From Actinomycetota bacterium (GTDB taxonomy: Bacteria > Actinomycetota > Acidimicrobiia > Spongiisociales > UBA5794), in the NCBI GenBank assembly GCA_039715165.1, contig JBDLHX010000001.1, positions 298 through 64,297 on the forward strand: 64,000 nt of DNA, given 5' to 3'. Positions 10,100-20,042 of the stretch are shown here, piece after piece. The notes under the pieces are model-generated. The model was not told the origin of the DNA. It made no database searches and was given only the letters and a program-made list of their open reading frames with translations. Made by a program: the position numbers and the translations under genes. How positions within the stretch are numbered: position 1 is the first letter of the stretch; every line of letters starts with the position of its first letter.

Positions 10100-11260
10100 A
10101 TGGGTGCCACAGTCATGATCATCGGCATCGTGGCCATGGTGGTCATCCACGAACTGGGGCACTTCGTCGCCGCCAAGGCGTTCGGGATGAAAGCCACCGA
10201 GGCGTTCTTCGGGTTCGGTCCGCGCATCTGGTCGACGACACGCGGCGAGACCGAATACGGCATCAAGGCGATCCCGCTCGGCGGCTACGTGCGCATCATC
10301 GGGATGAATCCTCTCGAAGAGATCGCGCCTGAAGACGAGGCACGCACGTACCGCACAGCCGTCTTCTGGAAGAAGTCGGTCGTCGTGCTCGCCGGCATCT
10401 TCAGCCACGTCGTCATGGCGGCACTGCTGCTCCTCATCGTGTTCTCCGTCTGGGGCGTCGTCACAACCGACGATGACGGCAAGGTCACCCCGACACTCTC
10501 CCTGTCTGTCGTTGCTTCGGTTACCCCGGAAGGGGATCCGTCGCCTGCCTCGCTCAGCGGATTCGCGGAAGGTGACACGCTGCTCACCTACCAGGGAGCA
10601 CCGCTTGGATCGTGGGAGGAGTTCGTCGATCGAGTCCGGGCCGACGGAGGTCGAGCGGTCACCGTGGGCTACGAGCGAGACGGCATCGCGGCGGACGCGA
10701 CGATGACGCTCGCGCTCGTCGACAAGCCGGTCATCGGCGACGATGGCAAGGTCATGACCGACGGGGACGGAGACGTCGTCTACGAAGAGGTCGGTTACTT
10801 CGGCGCGGCCCCCTCAGTGCAGCGTGAACACCCCGGAGTCGTCGGGACGATCGGCGCTATCGGTCGCGGCATCGGCGAGGCCATCGTCCAGAGCTTCCGA
10901 GGCCTCTGGCAGATGGTGATCGGGTTGCCCGAGCTCGTCATGTCCATGTTCGGCGGAAGCGAGGAGGTCCTCGACGAGGTGCGGCCGATCAGCCCCATCG
11001 GTCTCGTCCGTCTCGCAGGTCCGCTCGAAAGCACGCTCATGATGCTCGCCCTCGTCAACATCTTCGTCGGCGTGCTCAACTTCATCCCGCTCTACCCGTT
11101 CGACGGCGGTCACTTCGCCGTGGCGATCTACGAGAAGGTCTCAGGGCGCACGCCCGACGTCACGAAGCTGCTCCCCGTCGCTGCCGTGGTGATCGTGTTC
11201 CTGATCACGGTGGGGTTCATGGGGGTCTACCTCGACATCTTCAAGCCGATCCAGCTGTAG
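10100..11260 (+). CDS. rseP: site-2 protease / regulated intramembrane zinc metalloprotease (M50, RseP/Rip1-like) with PDZ domain
   Basis: HELGHFVAAKAFG HExxH motif in TM1, central PDZ region, C-terminal LNFIPLYPFDGGH motif. dxr-rseP-ispG order as in mycobacteria. Confidence 0.9.
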   Translation: MGATVMIIGIVAMVVIHELGHFVAAKAFGMKATEAFFGFGPRIWSTTRGETEYGIKAIPLGGYVRIIGMNPLEEIAPEDEARTYRTAVFWKKSVVVLAGIFSHVVMAALLLLIVFSVWGVVTTDDDGKVTPTLSLSVVASVTPEGDPSPASLSGFAEGDTLLTYQGAPLGSWEEFVDRVRADGGRAVTVGYERDGIAADATMTLALVDKPVIGDDGKVMTDGDGDVVYEEVGYFGAAPSVQREHPGVVGTIGAIGRGIGEAIVQSFRGLWQMVIGLPELVMSMFGGSEEVLDEVRPISPIGLVRLAGPLESTLMMLALVNIFVGVLNFIPLYPFDGGHFAVAIYEKVSGRTPDVTKLLPVAAVVIVFLITVGFMGVYLDIFKPIQL

Positions 11261-11358
11261 CAGCGCGAGGCGCTGCGTAGACCAGTAGCCAAGTAGCCAA
11301 GAAGCTGACGACTTCGCACTTCGCCACTGAGCTACTCGGCTACTTCTCCCTAGCATCA
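11261..11358. repeat. structured intergenic element: CAGCGC-gag-GCGCTG hairpin at the rseP stop, then tandem AGTAGCCAAG x2 and an inverted copy (gctactcggctact) giving a ~14-bp stem around a 33-nt loop that contains tandem ACTTCGC x2
   Basis: direct reading of the sequence; self-complementarity checked by hand. Confidence 0.5.
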
Positions 11359-11362
11359 CCCC

Positions 11363-12580
11363 ATGGCCATCGAGCGCAGGCAGTCCCGCCAACTTCATGT
11401 CGGTGACGTTCCCGTCGGAGGCGGTGCGCCGATCACCGTGCAGTCGATGACGACGACGAAGACTGCCGACGTCGATGCCACGCTCGCGCAGGTCTACGCG
11501 CTGAGTGGGGCAGGCGCCGACATCGTTCGGATCACGTGCAACGACGTCGAGGCCGCGCAGGGGCTTGCCGAAATCGTCCCGCGTTCCCCGGTGCCGGTCA
11601 TCGCCGACATCCACTTCCAGCACCGGCTCGCGCTGGCTGCGCTCGAAGCCGGCGTGGCCGGCCTCCGCCTCAATCCGGGGAACATCCGCAAGGAGAAGCA
11701 CATCAAAGAGGTCGCTCGGGCCGCCGCGGATGCGGGCGTCTCGATCCGCGTCGGCGTGAATGCCGGGTCGCTCGATAAGGACCTTCTCGAGGAGTTCGGT
11801 GCACCCGTTCCCGAAGCGCTCGTTCGATCGGCCGAGCACGAGATCGCATACCTCGAGGACGTCGGCTTCCACGACATCAAGATCTCCGTGAAGCACTCGA
11901 ATGTTCCTCGGATGGTCGAGTCATACCGTCTCCTCGCGGAACGCGTCCCGTATCCGCTGCACTTGGGCGTTACCGAGGCAGGGCCGCCGCCGGGTGGGCT
12001 CATCAAATCGGTAGCCGGCATCGCGACGCTGCTCCTTGAGGGGATCGGCGACACGATCCGATTCTCTCTCACCGCCGACCCGGTCGAAGAGGCGAAAGCC
12101 GGAAGACAGCTTCTCGAGTACCTCGGTCTCAGGGAGCGCACCGGACTCGACCTCATCGCGTGCCCGTCGTGCGGGCGGGCCGAAGTCGACGTCATCAAGG
12201 TCACGAGAGAAGCGACAGCCGCCCTCGAGGCAGCGAACCTCCCGATCCAGGTAGCGATCATGGGGTGCATCGTCAACGGTCCCGGCGAGGCCCGGGAAGC
12301 GGACATCGGAATCGCTGCAGGGCGAGGCAAAGGGCATCTCTTCATCAAGGGGCAGGTCGTTCGTGTCGTGCCGGAGGAAGAGATGGTTGATGCGCTCGTC
12401 GACGAGGCCCGACGGCTCGTCGAGGAAGGCGTTGAGGCACGACTTGCGGCTGCGGACGTAACGGCAGAAGACCTCGCAAGCGAGGAGAGGATCGAACTCA
12501 TCGAGCTTCGAGGCGATGCAAATCGTGCAGCGGACCGCCGTGCCGCCGTCGCCGACATCGCCGTCGGTGAGGACGAGTGA
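11363..12580 (+). CDS. ispG: 4-hydroxy-3-methylbut-2-enyl diphosphate synthase (GcpE)
   Basis: TRQ..VGDVPVGGGAPITVQSMTTT...CPSCGR...MGCIVNGPGE Fe-S cluster cysteines; full-length IspG. Confidence 0.95.
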   Translation: MAIERRQSRQLHVGDVPVGGGAPITVQSMTTTKTADVDATLAQVYALSGAGADIVRITCNDVEAAQGLAEIVPRSPVPVIADIHFQHRLALAALEAGVAGLRLNPGNIRKEKHIKEVARAAADAGVSIRVGVNAGSLDKDLLEEFGAPVPEALVRSAEHEIAYLEDVGFHDIKISVKHSNVPRMVESYRLLAERVPYPLHLGVTEAGPPPGGLIKSVAGIATLLLEGIGDTIRFSLTADPVEEAKAGRQLLEYLGLRERTGLDLIACPSCGRAEVDVIKVTREATAALEAANLPIQVAIMGCIVNGPGEAREADIGIAAGRGKGHLFIKGQVVRVVPEEEMVDALVDEARRLVEEGVEARLAAADVTAEDLASEERIELIELRGDANRAADRRAAVADIAVGEDE

Positions 12581-13956
12581 CCAGTCGCGCCACAACCGCG
12601 GTGGCCTTCCTCGCGGCGGCAGCGCTGCTGGCATCGTGCACCCCCGCGGAATCGGCTCCATCGTCGACGAGTTCGCCGGCCGGCTCGACGGCGACTGCCG
12701 CTGCTGAAGCAGACGGGACCGCCCCGGCCGAACGCATCTACGAGCAGGTGGCGTCTTCGATCGCGTCAATCGAGACCGACATCGCCGGCGGCAGCGGCGT
12801 GCTCATCGAGGGCGACGTCGTGCTGACGGCTGCTCACGTCGTTTGGCCGTATCGATCCGTACGCGTCGTCTTCCCGAATGGAGTCGAGATCAATCGTGCG
12901 CCGGTCATTGGATGGGACCCGTTCGGCGACCTTGCGCTCATCGACGTCTCCGGGGCCGACCGACTGCCCGAGGCGGTGAAGACGGGGGACGGCGAGTCGA
13001 TTCCGTTCGGCCGACCCGTGTACCTCGTCGGCTATCCGGGCGAGTCCGAGGCGTATCCGCAACCGACGATCACCCAGGGAATCCTGTCACGAACCCGGGA
13101 GTGGGAGGCTGGGGAGTGGACGTTCCTGCAGACGGACACCACCGTCACCGGCGGCCAGAGCGGCGGAGCACTCGTCGATGAACACGGGTCGGTCATCGGG
13201 ATCACGAACTTCAGCCTGCTCGAGGAGTTCGGGCTCTCGGGCTCCCTCGCCGACGCCGCCGAGACGATCGCCGGCATGAAGGCAGGCGAGGATGTCGGCG
13301 GCCTCGGCGACAGGCTGCCACCGATCGAGCGAGGCGCCGACATGCATCGCCTGCAGTTCGACAACGTGTGGCACGACTATGTGTTCGTTTTCGAGGCTCC
13401 GCTGTACTCGAACGTCAGCTTCACCGTGGAGAGCGATGAGGATCTGCAGTTGACGTTCGCGACGATCGACGGCTTCGAGATCGCCATCGCCGACGATTCA
13501 CTCGATGGTGAAGAGACGATCGAAGAGCTCATCACCTACCGGGGACCGCACATCCTGCGAATCGACAACTACACCGGCGCAGCGAGCGGGCGCCTGCGCT
13601 CGAGTGAGGATCTCACGGAGTGGCCCGACTCCGACGATGGTCGGCATCTCACTCGGGACGCAACCATCGTCGGCAACATCGACTACCCCGGCGACTTCGA
13701 CTGGCACCTCATCGAACTCGGCAAAGGTCAGGCCGTCACCATCGACGTCGACTCGATCGCGTTCGATCCGGTGCTCATGATCGACGGTCCCGAGGGACTC
13801 GGTCGCCTGCGAGCACTCGACGACGACTCCGGGGGAGGGCTGTTCGGGACCAACCCGAAGATCGTGTTCACGGCCCGCGAGGCGGGGACGTTCTTCGTGA
13901 TCGTGGCCGACAGCGGCTCGACCGGCCCCGGCGCATACTCCTTGACGGTGGACTGA
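12577..13956 (+). CDS. secreted lipoprotein: trypsin-like serine protease domain followed by two pre-peptidase C-terminal (PPC)-like domains
   Basis: GTG overlaps the ispG stop (GTGA). Signal peptide with lipobox LLASC. His (TAAHVV), Asp (DLALIDV) and Ser (GGQSGGAL) catalytic-triad contexts. Two C-terminal segments with the D.D.Y/W.F pattern of PPC domains (DNVWHDYVFVF; GDFDWHLIEL). Confidence 0.7.
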   Translation: MTSRATTAVAFLAAAALLASCTPAESAPSSTSSPAGSTATAAAEADGTAPAERIYEQVASSIASIETDIAGGSGVLIEGDVVLTAAHVVWPYRSVRVVFPNGVEINRAPVIGWDPFGDLALIDVSGADRLPEAVKTGDGESIPFGRPVYLVGYPGESEAYPQPTITQGILSRTREWEAGEWTFLQTDTTVTGGQSGGALVDEHGSVIGITNFSLLEEFGLSGSLADAAETIAGMKAGEDVGGLGDRLPPIERGADMHRLQFDNVWHDYVFVFEAPLYSNVSFTVESDEDLQLTFATIDGFEIAIADDSLDGEETIEELITYRGPHILRIDNYTGAASGRLRSSEDLTEWPDSDDGRHLTRDATIVGNIDYPGDFDWHLIELGKGQAVTIDVDSIAFDPVLMIDGPEGLGRLRALDDDSGGGLFGTNPKIVFTAREAGTFFVIVADSGSTGPGAYSLTVD

Positions 13957-13971
13957 GCCGGCTTCGCCGGC
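13957..13971 (+). terminator. GCCGGC-TTC-GCCGGC stem-loop immediately after the protease stop
   Basis: perfect 6-bp stem with 3-nt loop; no clear U-tract, so terminator function is tentative. Confidence 0.35.
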
Positions 13972-13980
13972 GGTCGACAG

Positions 13981-14001
13981 TTGACGGTTGACGGTTGACG
14001 G
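13981..14001. repeat. tandem heptamer TTGACGG x3 in the proS upstream region
   Basis: three exact adjacent copies, followed by CTGTCC(A/G)CTGTCC repeats at 14036-14060. Confidence 0.6.
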
Positions 14002-14090
14002 CCAGACGACGCGGCAGAACACTCTGACTGTCCACTGTCCGCTGTCAGCCAGGTATCCTCGGCGTCTTCACACACCATTGGAGCCTTCTC

Positions 14091-15800
14091 TTGCGCTGGT
14101 CACAGGCGTTCATCCCCACCCTCCGCGACGATCCCGCCGACGCCGAAGCGGCGAGCCATCGCCTCCTCATCCGAGCCGGCTACGCCCGGCAGCTCATGGC
14201 AGGTGGCTATTCGATCCTGCCACTCGGTCAGCGGGTGCGGATGAAGATCATGAACATCATCCGTGAGGAGATCGACGGTATCGGCGGTCAGGAGCTGCTG
14301 CTCACCGCGCTGCACCCTCGCGAGATCTGGGAGAAGACCGGTCGCGCCGAGACGATGGCCGACATCCTGTTCTCGGTCACGGACACCCGAGGCGGCAGCG
14401 CGATCCTCGGCCCGACCCACGAAGAGATCTTCACCACGATCGCAACCGAATTGACGTCGTACAAGCAGGTGCCGCAGCTCTGGTATCAGATCCAGACGAA
14501 GTTCCGCGACGAGCCGCGCCCGAAGTCGGGTCTGCTGCGCGTTCGCGAGTTCACCATGAAGGACTCATACAGCTTCGACATCGACACGGCGGGTCTCGAC
14601 GTGCAGTTCGACCGGCACTTCGCCGCCTACACGCGCATCTTTGAGCGGATCGGTGTCACTGCGATTCCCGTGGAGGCGTCATCGGGGGCGATGGGAGGAT
14701 CGGACTCGGTCGAGTTCATGGTCCCCTCACCCGCGGGGGAGGACAATGTCGCTCACTGTCCCGAGTGTGGCTACGCCGCCAACGTGGAGCGGGCAACGTC
14801 TGCGATCCCGAAGGCAATCGACGAACCGGGACCGGCGGAGCCGGAGCGATTCCCGACGCCTGGGGTGCACACGATTCTCGACCTCGTCGAGTTCGACGGC
14901 GGAGCATCGGCCGATCGTCAGATCAAGACGCTCGTGTACATGCTCGACGACGAACCAGCGCTCGTTCTGTTGCGCGGCGACCACGACCTCCAGGAGCAGA
15001 AGCTCCTGGACGGGACGGGCGCCGTCGAGGTTCGGCCTGCGCACCCGGAAGAGATTCGTGACCTCCTTGGGGCGGATGCTGGGAGCCTCGGCGCGGTCGG
15101 TGTGAACGGACCCCGCATCCTGGCCGATCATCAGCTCGTCGACCGCACGAACATGGTCACCGGCGCGAACCTCGACGATCACCACCTGCGCGGTGTTGAC
15201 ATGCGACGGGACATCGAGGTCACCGAGTGGCTCGATCTTCGGACAGTGGTCGCAGGTGAGGCATGCCCTTCGTGCGGCGAGACGCTCGAGATCTTCCGCG
15301 GGATCGAGGCAGGACACATCTTCAAGCTCGGGACGAAGTTCTCTGTTGCTCTTGGAGCAATGGTTCTCGACGCCGACGGCACGGCAGTACCGCTCGTGAT
15401 GGGGTCCTACGGCATCGGCGTGGAGCGCAACGTGGCGGCCGCAGTCGAGCAGAACCATGATGAGCGCGGGATCGTCTGGCCCGTCTCCATCGCGCCGTAC
15501 GAGGTCGTGATCACCGCCGTGAAGATCGACGACGAGGCGACGATGTCCGTCTCCGAGAAGCTCTACGAGGACCTCACCGACGCCGGCATCGATGTTCTCC
15601 TCGACGATCGAGCCGAGCGGCCCGGTGTGAAATTCAACGACGCGGAGCTCATCGGTATCCCATATCGGGTCACCGTTGGCCCCCGCGGGCTCGCGAACGG
15701 CATTGTGGAGTTCGTTGAACGACGCTCGGGCGACAAGAGTGAACTTGCGGTCAGCGACGTTGTAGCCAACGTCGTCGACCGAGTAGCAAGTAGCAAGTAG
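14091..15800 (+). CDS. proS: prolyl-tRNA synthetase (bacterial type with editing domain)
   Basis: TTG start; class II aaRS motifs, INS editing domain, C-terminal anticodon-binding domain. 569 aa. Confidence 0.95.
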   Translation: MRWSQAFIPTLRDDPADAEAASHRLLIRAGYARQLMAGGYSILPLGQRVRMKIMNIIREEIDGIGGQELLLTALHPREIWEKTGRAETMADILFSVTDTRGGSAILGPTHEEIFTTIATELTSYKQVPQLWYQIQTKFRDEPRPKSGLLRVREFTMKDSYSFDIDTAGLDVQFDRHFAAYTRIFERIGVTAIPVEASSGAMGGSDSVEFMVPSPAGEDNVAHCPECGYAANVERATSAIPKAIDEPGPAEPERFPTPGVHTILDLVEFDGGASADRQIKTLVYMLDDEPALVLLRGDHDLQEQKLLDGTGAVEVRPAHPEEIRDLLGADAGSLGAVGVNGPRILADHQLVDRTNMVTGANLDDHHLRGVDMRRDIEVTEWLDLRTVVAGEACPSCGETLEIFRGIEAGHIFKLGTKFSVALGAMVLDADGTAVPLVMGSYGIGVERNVAAAVEQNHDERGIVWPVSIAPYEVVITAVKIDDEATMSVSEKLYEDLTDAGIDVLLDDRAERPGVKFNDAELIGIPYRVTVGPRGLANGIVEFVERRSGDKSELAVSDVVANVVDRVASSK

Positions 15801-15846
15801 CAAGTACGAAGACCAGGCAGCGCCGCGGGTCTTGTGTCTTGCTACT
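15783..15846. repeat. GTAGCAA x3 tandem repeat (contains the proS stop) plus an inverted copy, forming an interrupted 9+6-bp hairpin
   Basis: gagtagcaagtagcaagtagcaagtacgaagacc ... ggtcttgtgtcttgctact; arms pair with a 4x4 internal loop. Confidence 0.55.
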
Positions 15847-15968
15847 CCTCCTGACGCGGCAGCGGCAGGGTCCGGGTCCGCCTATACTCCTGTCTGCAAC
15901 CGGATGTACGCGTCGAGGTGGGCCTTGCCCGCCTCGTTGTGTGATGTGCGCACGAAGGAGCACCGAGC

Positions 15969-16448
15969 GTGGCAGATGTCGCGGAGCAGGTATGGGGCCT
16001 CGTCGGCCCGTATGTTGCCGCTGAGGGAATCGAACTCGACGATGTCGAGATCCTCGGTGGTGGCAAGCTGCTGCGCGTCGTCCTCGACGCCGGTGAGCCG
16101 ATCGGCGTCGACCGCATCGCCGACCTCTCGAAGGGGATCGCACGGCTCATCGAAGAAGATGACCCGTTTGCCGGCTCCTACACCCTGGAAGTGACCTCAC
16201 CGGGCCTCGAGCGGAAGCTCCGCAGGCCTTCGCATTTCCGCAAGGTGCTTGGCAGCGAGGTCCACATCAAGACGTACTCGAAGATCGAAGATGACAAACA
16301 CCACCGCGGGAAGCTCGTGGAGGCCGATGACGACGCCGTGGTGGTGTCGGTCGATGGATCCGAGCGGCGCATCGAGACGAGCGACATCGCGTCGGCGCGC
16401 ACCGTGTTCGTGTGGGAAAAGGGCGAGAAGCCCGGCAAGACGGCGTAG
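15969..16448 (+). CDS. rimP: ribosome maturation factor RimP
   Basis: GTG start with GAAGGAG 13 nt upstream. RimP N- and C-domains (YTLEVTSPGLERKLRRPSHFRKVLG). Sits ahead of nusA-infB as usual. Confidence 0.9.
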   Translation: MADVAEQVWGLVGPYVAAEGIELDDVEILGGGKLLRVVLDAGEPIGVDRIADLSKGIARLIEEDDPFAGSYTLEVTSPGLERKLRRPSHFRKVLGSEVHIKTYSKIEDDKHHRGKLVEADDDAVVVSVDGSERRIETSDIASARTVFVWEKGEKPGKTA

Positions 16449-16460
16449 GGAGAGGCAGCG

Positions 16461-17645
16461 ATGGACTACAACCTGTTGGACGCGTTGGAGCTCCTCGAGA
16501 GGGAGAAGGGAGTCCCCGCCGAGACGATTCTCGACGCGCTCGCGAATGCTCTCGTCTCCGCCTACAAACGCACCCCCGGGGCCGCGGAAGAGGCCAGGGT
16601 GACGATCGATCCGGACACCGGCGAGATCCTCGTCTACGGCCAGGAGCTCGACGAAGATGGCAACGTCGTCGAGGAGTGGGAGGACACCCCCGACGACTTC
16701 GGCCGCATCGCCGCGCAGACCGCGAAACAGGTGATCATGCAGCGGCTCCGCGACGCGAAGCGCGAGCAGGTCTACGAGATCTACGAAGGCCGCGAAGGCG
16801 ACCTCGTGACCGGGATCGTGCAGCAGTCGGATCACCGCTACGCCATTCTCGACCTGGGCGACGCCGAAGCGATCATGCCGTCGTCTGAGCGCATCCCGTA
16901 CGAACGGCTCGAGCGCGGAAACCGTGTCAAGGGCTACATCCTCGAGGTGCGAGGCGAGGGCAAAGGGCCTCAGATCGTCATCTCCAGAAGCCACCCCGAG
17001 TTCATCCGCTCGCTGTTCGAGCTCGAGGTTCCGGAGCTCGTCGACGGCGACGTCGAGATTCGCGTCATTGCACGTGAGCCCGGCCATCGTACGAAGATCG
17101 CCGTTGTGTCGAACGACCCGAACGTCGATCCCGTCGGCGCGTGTGTCGGCGCCAGGGGCTCGCGAGTTCGCCAGGTCGTGAACGAACTCAGGGGAGAGAA
17201 GGTCGACATCGTCGAGTGGCGCGATGACACCGCCGGATTCATCGCCGAAGCGCTCAGCCCCGCAAGGGTCAAGGAAGTGCGGCTCAACGAAGACGAACGG
17301 ACCGCGGAAGTCGTCGTGCCCGACCACCAGCTCTCCCTCGCCATCGGCAAGGAGGGCCAGAACGCGCGTCTCGCCGCTCGGCTCTCCGGCTACCGGATCG
17401 ATATCCGGTCCGAGAGCCAGGACCTCGGACTCGACCTCGAAGAGGACGAGTTCGGAGAGGCAGCCACAGAGACACCGGCCGAGGAGCCGGCAGGAATCGA
17501 AGAGGCAGCCGAGGAAGTGACAGAGCCTGCGGCCGAACCGAGTGAAGACGCCGAAGCAATCGAAGACGAAACAGTCGCCGAGACGGGCGAACCCGAAGCG
17601 GACGAGAGCGACATCGACGCCGCGGACGAGAACGAGGAGAACTGA
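16461..17645 (+). CDS. nusA: transcription termination/antitermination factor NusA
   Basis: N-terminal RNAP-binding domain, S1 domain, two KH domains (VVPDHQLSLAIGKEGQNARLAARLSGYRIDIRSE), acidic C-terminal tail. Confidence 0.95.
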   Translation: MDYNLLDALELLEREKGVPAETILDALANALVSAYKRTPGAAEEARVTIDPDTGEILVYGQELDEDGNVVEEWEDTPDDFGRIAAQTAKQVIMQRLRDAKREQVYEIYEGREGDLVTGIVQQSDHRYAILDLGDAEAIMPSSERIPYERLERGNRVKGYILEVRGEGKGPQIVISRSHPEFIRSLFELEVPELVDGDVEIRVIAREPGHRTKIAVVSNDPNVDPVGACVGARGSRVRQVVNELRGEKVDIVEWRDDTAGFIAEALSPARVKEVRLNEDERTAEVVVPDHQLSLAIGKEGQNARLAARLSGYRIDIRSESQDLGLDLEEDEFGEAATETPAEEPAGIEEAAEEVTEPAAEPSEDAEAIEDETVAETGEPEADESDIDAADENEEN

Positions 17646-19715
17646 GTGGGGAAGCAACGGGTTTACGAGCTCGCGCGAGACCTTGGCCTCGAGTCCAAGG
17701 ACGTGCTCGAGCGCGCCCTGGAGCTCGGCATCGAAGTGAAGACCGCCTCGTCGGGGCTCGACGAGGAGTCAGTTGGACTCGTTCGCCTCTCCTACGACGA
17801 GAGCGCAGACGCCAAGACGGCGCCGGAGACCGACGAGCCGGTACCCGAGTCGGAACCGGCGGCTGAGGTAGAGCCGGAGCCAGAACCGGAACCAGAGCCT
17901 GAGCCTGAGCCTGAGCCGGAAGATGAGTCCGGACCGGTGGATGACAAGGTGCTCCTCGTCGAGCCCGGGATCACCACCCACGAACTCGCGCGAATGATCC
18001 AAACGAGGACGGTGCTGATCGTCCAGGCGCTCATGGAGATGGGCGAGATGGTCCCCGCGGGCGGAACGATTCCCGTCGACGCGATCGAACCCCTCGGCCG
18101 CAAGTTCGGGTACGACCTGCTCGTCACCGAAGCCGAGGAGATACCGGAAGAAGACAAGGGCCCGGTCCACCACATCATCGAGTACGAAGACGACCCGGCC
18201 AGCCTCAAGCCGCGCCCGGCCGTCGTCACAGTGATGGGACACGTCGACCACGGCAAGACCCAGCTACTCGACACGATTCGTGCGACGAACGTCGTCGAGG
18301 GCGAAGCGGGCGGAATCACCCAGCACATCGGCGCCTATCAGGTGACGAGTGGCGGCAACCTCATCACGTTCATCGACACCCCCGGCCACGAAGCGTTCAC
18401 CGCCCTTCGAGCGAGGGGCGCCAACGTCACCGACCTCGTCATTCTCGTGGTTGCAGCGAACGACGGGGTCATGCCCCAGACGGTTGAAGCCATCAACCAC
18501 GCTAAGGCTGCGGAAGTCCCGATCATCGTCGCGATCAACAAGATGGACCTCGAGACGGCAGACGCATATGCCGTTCGGGCTGCCCTCACCCAGTACGGCA
18601 TCGTTGTCGAAGACCTCGGGGGTGACGTGCCGGCAATCGAAGTGTCCGCGTTGAAGGGGACCGGCATCGACGACCTGCTCGAAATCGTGGCACTCGTTGC
18701 CGAGGTCGAGGAGCTCACCGCAAACCCGAAAGCGTCCGCCGTCGGAACGGTCATCGAGGCGCAACTCGAGGTCGGGCGCGGGCCGGTCGCGACCGTCATC
18801 GTGCAGCGCGGAACACTGAAGCGAGGCGACGCACTCGTCTCCGGCCCGGTGTCGGGTCGCGTCAGAGCGATGTTCGACGAGAGCGGCAACCAGTTGAAGA
18901 CGGCAGGGCCGAGTTCACCCGTACTCATCTCCGGATGGGGCGAGGTACCGCTCGCCGGTGACATGTTCCAGGCCGTCAAGAACGAACGAACCGCCAGGAA
19001 GATGGCCGAAGAGGAGCTCGCTCGGAAGCGCTCCAGGGACCTCGTCGTCCCGACCGCCACGGAGCGTCTGACACAGCTCCTCGAACATCTCCGAACCGCG
19101 GACCACGCAGAGCTGCGCATCATCGTGAAGGCCGACGCGCACGGATCGCTTGAGGCGATCCGTGAATCCGTTGCGAAGATCTCCCGTGAGGATGCAGCGA
19201 TCTCAGTCGTCCACGGGGCTGTCGGTGGTATCACCGCAAACGACGTCATGCTCGCGGAGGCGTCTGAGGCCGTGATCTACGGATTCAACGCCCGACCGGA
19301 TGCGTCGGCGCGCTCAGCAGCGAAGGGCGCCGGTATCGACATCCGGACGTTCTCGATCATCTATGAGCTGCTCGACGACCTCGAGCTGATGCTCGTCGGC
19401 GAACTCGCTCCGGAAGAGATCGAGACGTTCCTCGGGGTCGCCGAGGTGCGCGCGACCTTCCGGGCACCCCGCTACGGGATGGTTGCAGGCTGCTACGTCA
19501 CTGAAGGAACGATCAACCGCAACGCTCGTGCGCGGCTCGTGCGCGACGGCGTCGTCGTATACGACGGACGCATCGCATCGCTGCGTCGCTTCAAAGAAGA
19601 CGTCCAGGCGGTCCAGACGGGGTACGAGTGCGGAATCGGCCTCGCAAACTTCCGGGACGTCAAGGAAGGCGACACGATCGAGTCCTACGAGGTCAAGGAA
19701 ATCGCCAGAACCTGA
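17646..19715 (+). CDS. infB: translation initiation factor IF-2
   Basis: GTG immediately after the nusA stop. N-terminal EPEP linker, G-domain GHVDHGKT...DTPGH...NKMD, C-terminal beta-barrels. No ylxR/ylxQ between nusA and infB. Confidence 0.95.
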   Translation: MGKQRVYELARDLGLESKDVLERALELGIEVKTASSGLDEESVGLVRLSYDESADAKTAPETDEPVPESEPAAEVEPEPEPEPEPEPEPEPEDESGPVDDKVLLVEPGITTHELARMIQTRTVLIVQALMEMGEMVPAGGTIPVDAIEPLGRKFGYDLLVTEAEEIPEEDKGPVHHIIEYEDDPASLKPRPAVVTVMGHVDHGKTQLLDTIRATNVVEGEAGGITQHIGAYQVTSGGNLITFIDTPGHEAFTALRARGANVTDLVILVVAANDGVMPQTVEAINHAKAAEVPIIVAINKMDLETADAYAVRAALTQYGIVVEDLGGDVPAIEVSALKGTGIDDLLEIVALVAEVEELTANPKASAVGTVIEAQLEVGRGPVATVIVQRGTLKRGDALVSGPVSGRVRAMFDESGNQLKTAGPSSPVLISGWGEVPLAGDMFQAVKNERTARKMAEEELARKRSRDLVVPTATERLTQLLEHLRTADHAELRIIVKADAHGSLEAIRESVAKISREDAAISVVHGAVGGITANDVMLAEASEAVIYGFNARPDASARSAAKGAGIDIRTFSIIYELLDDLELMLVGELAPEEIETFLGVAEVRATFRAPRYGMVAGCYVTEGTINRNARARLVRDGVVVYDGRIASLRRFKEDVQAVQTGYECGIGLANFRDVKEGDTIESYEVKEIART

Positions 19716-19745
19716 TCGGGTGACCGTTCGCAGAGGAGGCACGGG

Positions 19746-20042
19746 ATGCACGTGGGAGTGCTCCGGGTCGAGCTGAGGATTCGGGGCGTACGGTCTCTCA
19801 AGGAGAAGCGCCGCGTGGTGAAGAGCATCATTGCCGACATCGGGCAGAGCTATCCGATCGCCGTCGCCGAGGTCGACCACCAGAACCTCTGGCAGCGGGC
19901 CGATATCGGCATTGCTGTCGTAGGGGAGTCGCCCGGCCACGTGGATCAAGTGCTCGATTCGATCGAACGCGATCTCGACCGCCGGATTGACGCAGAGGTG
20001 CTCGGTACGGTGCGGTCCTATCTCGAGGAGAGCCAACGATGA
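19746..20042 (+). CDS. DUF503 (YlxP-like) protein
   Basis: 98-aa protein at the YlxP position between infB and rbfA. MHVGVLRVELRIRGVRSLKEKRRVVKSI pattern typical of DUF503. Confidence 0.8.
   Translation: MHVGVLRVELRIRGVRSLKEKRRVVKSIIADIGQSYPIAVAEVDHQNLWQRADIGIAVVGESPGHVDQVLDSIERDLDRRIDAEVLGTVRSYLEESQR

Noticed and set aside
17860-17935. Perfect (GAGCCN)n / EPEPEP repeat in infB
   Set aside because: This is the known flexible Glu-Pro linker between the IF-2 N-terminal domain and the G-domain in actinobacteria, not an independent repeat element
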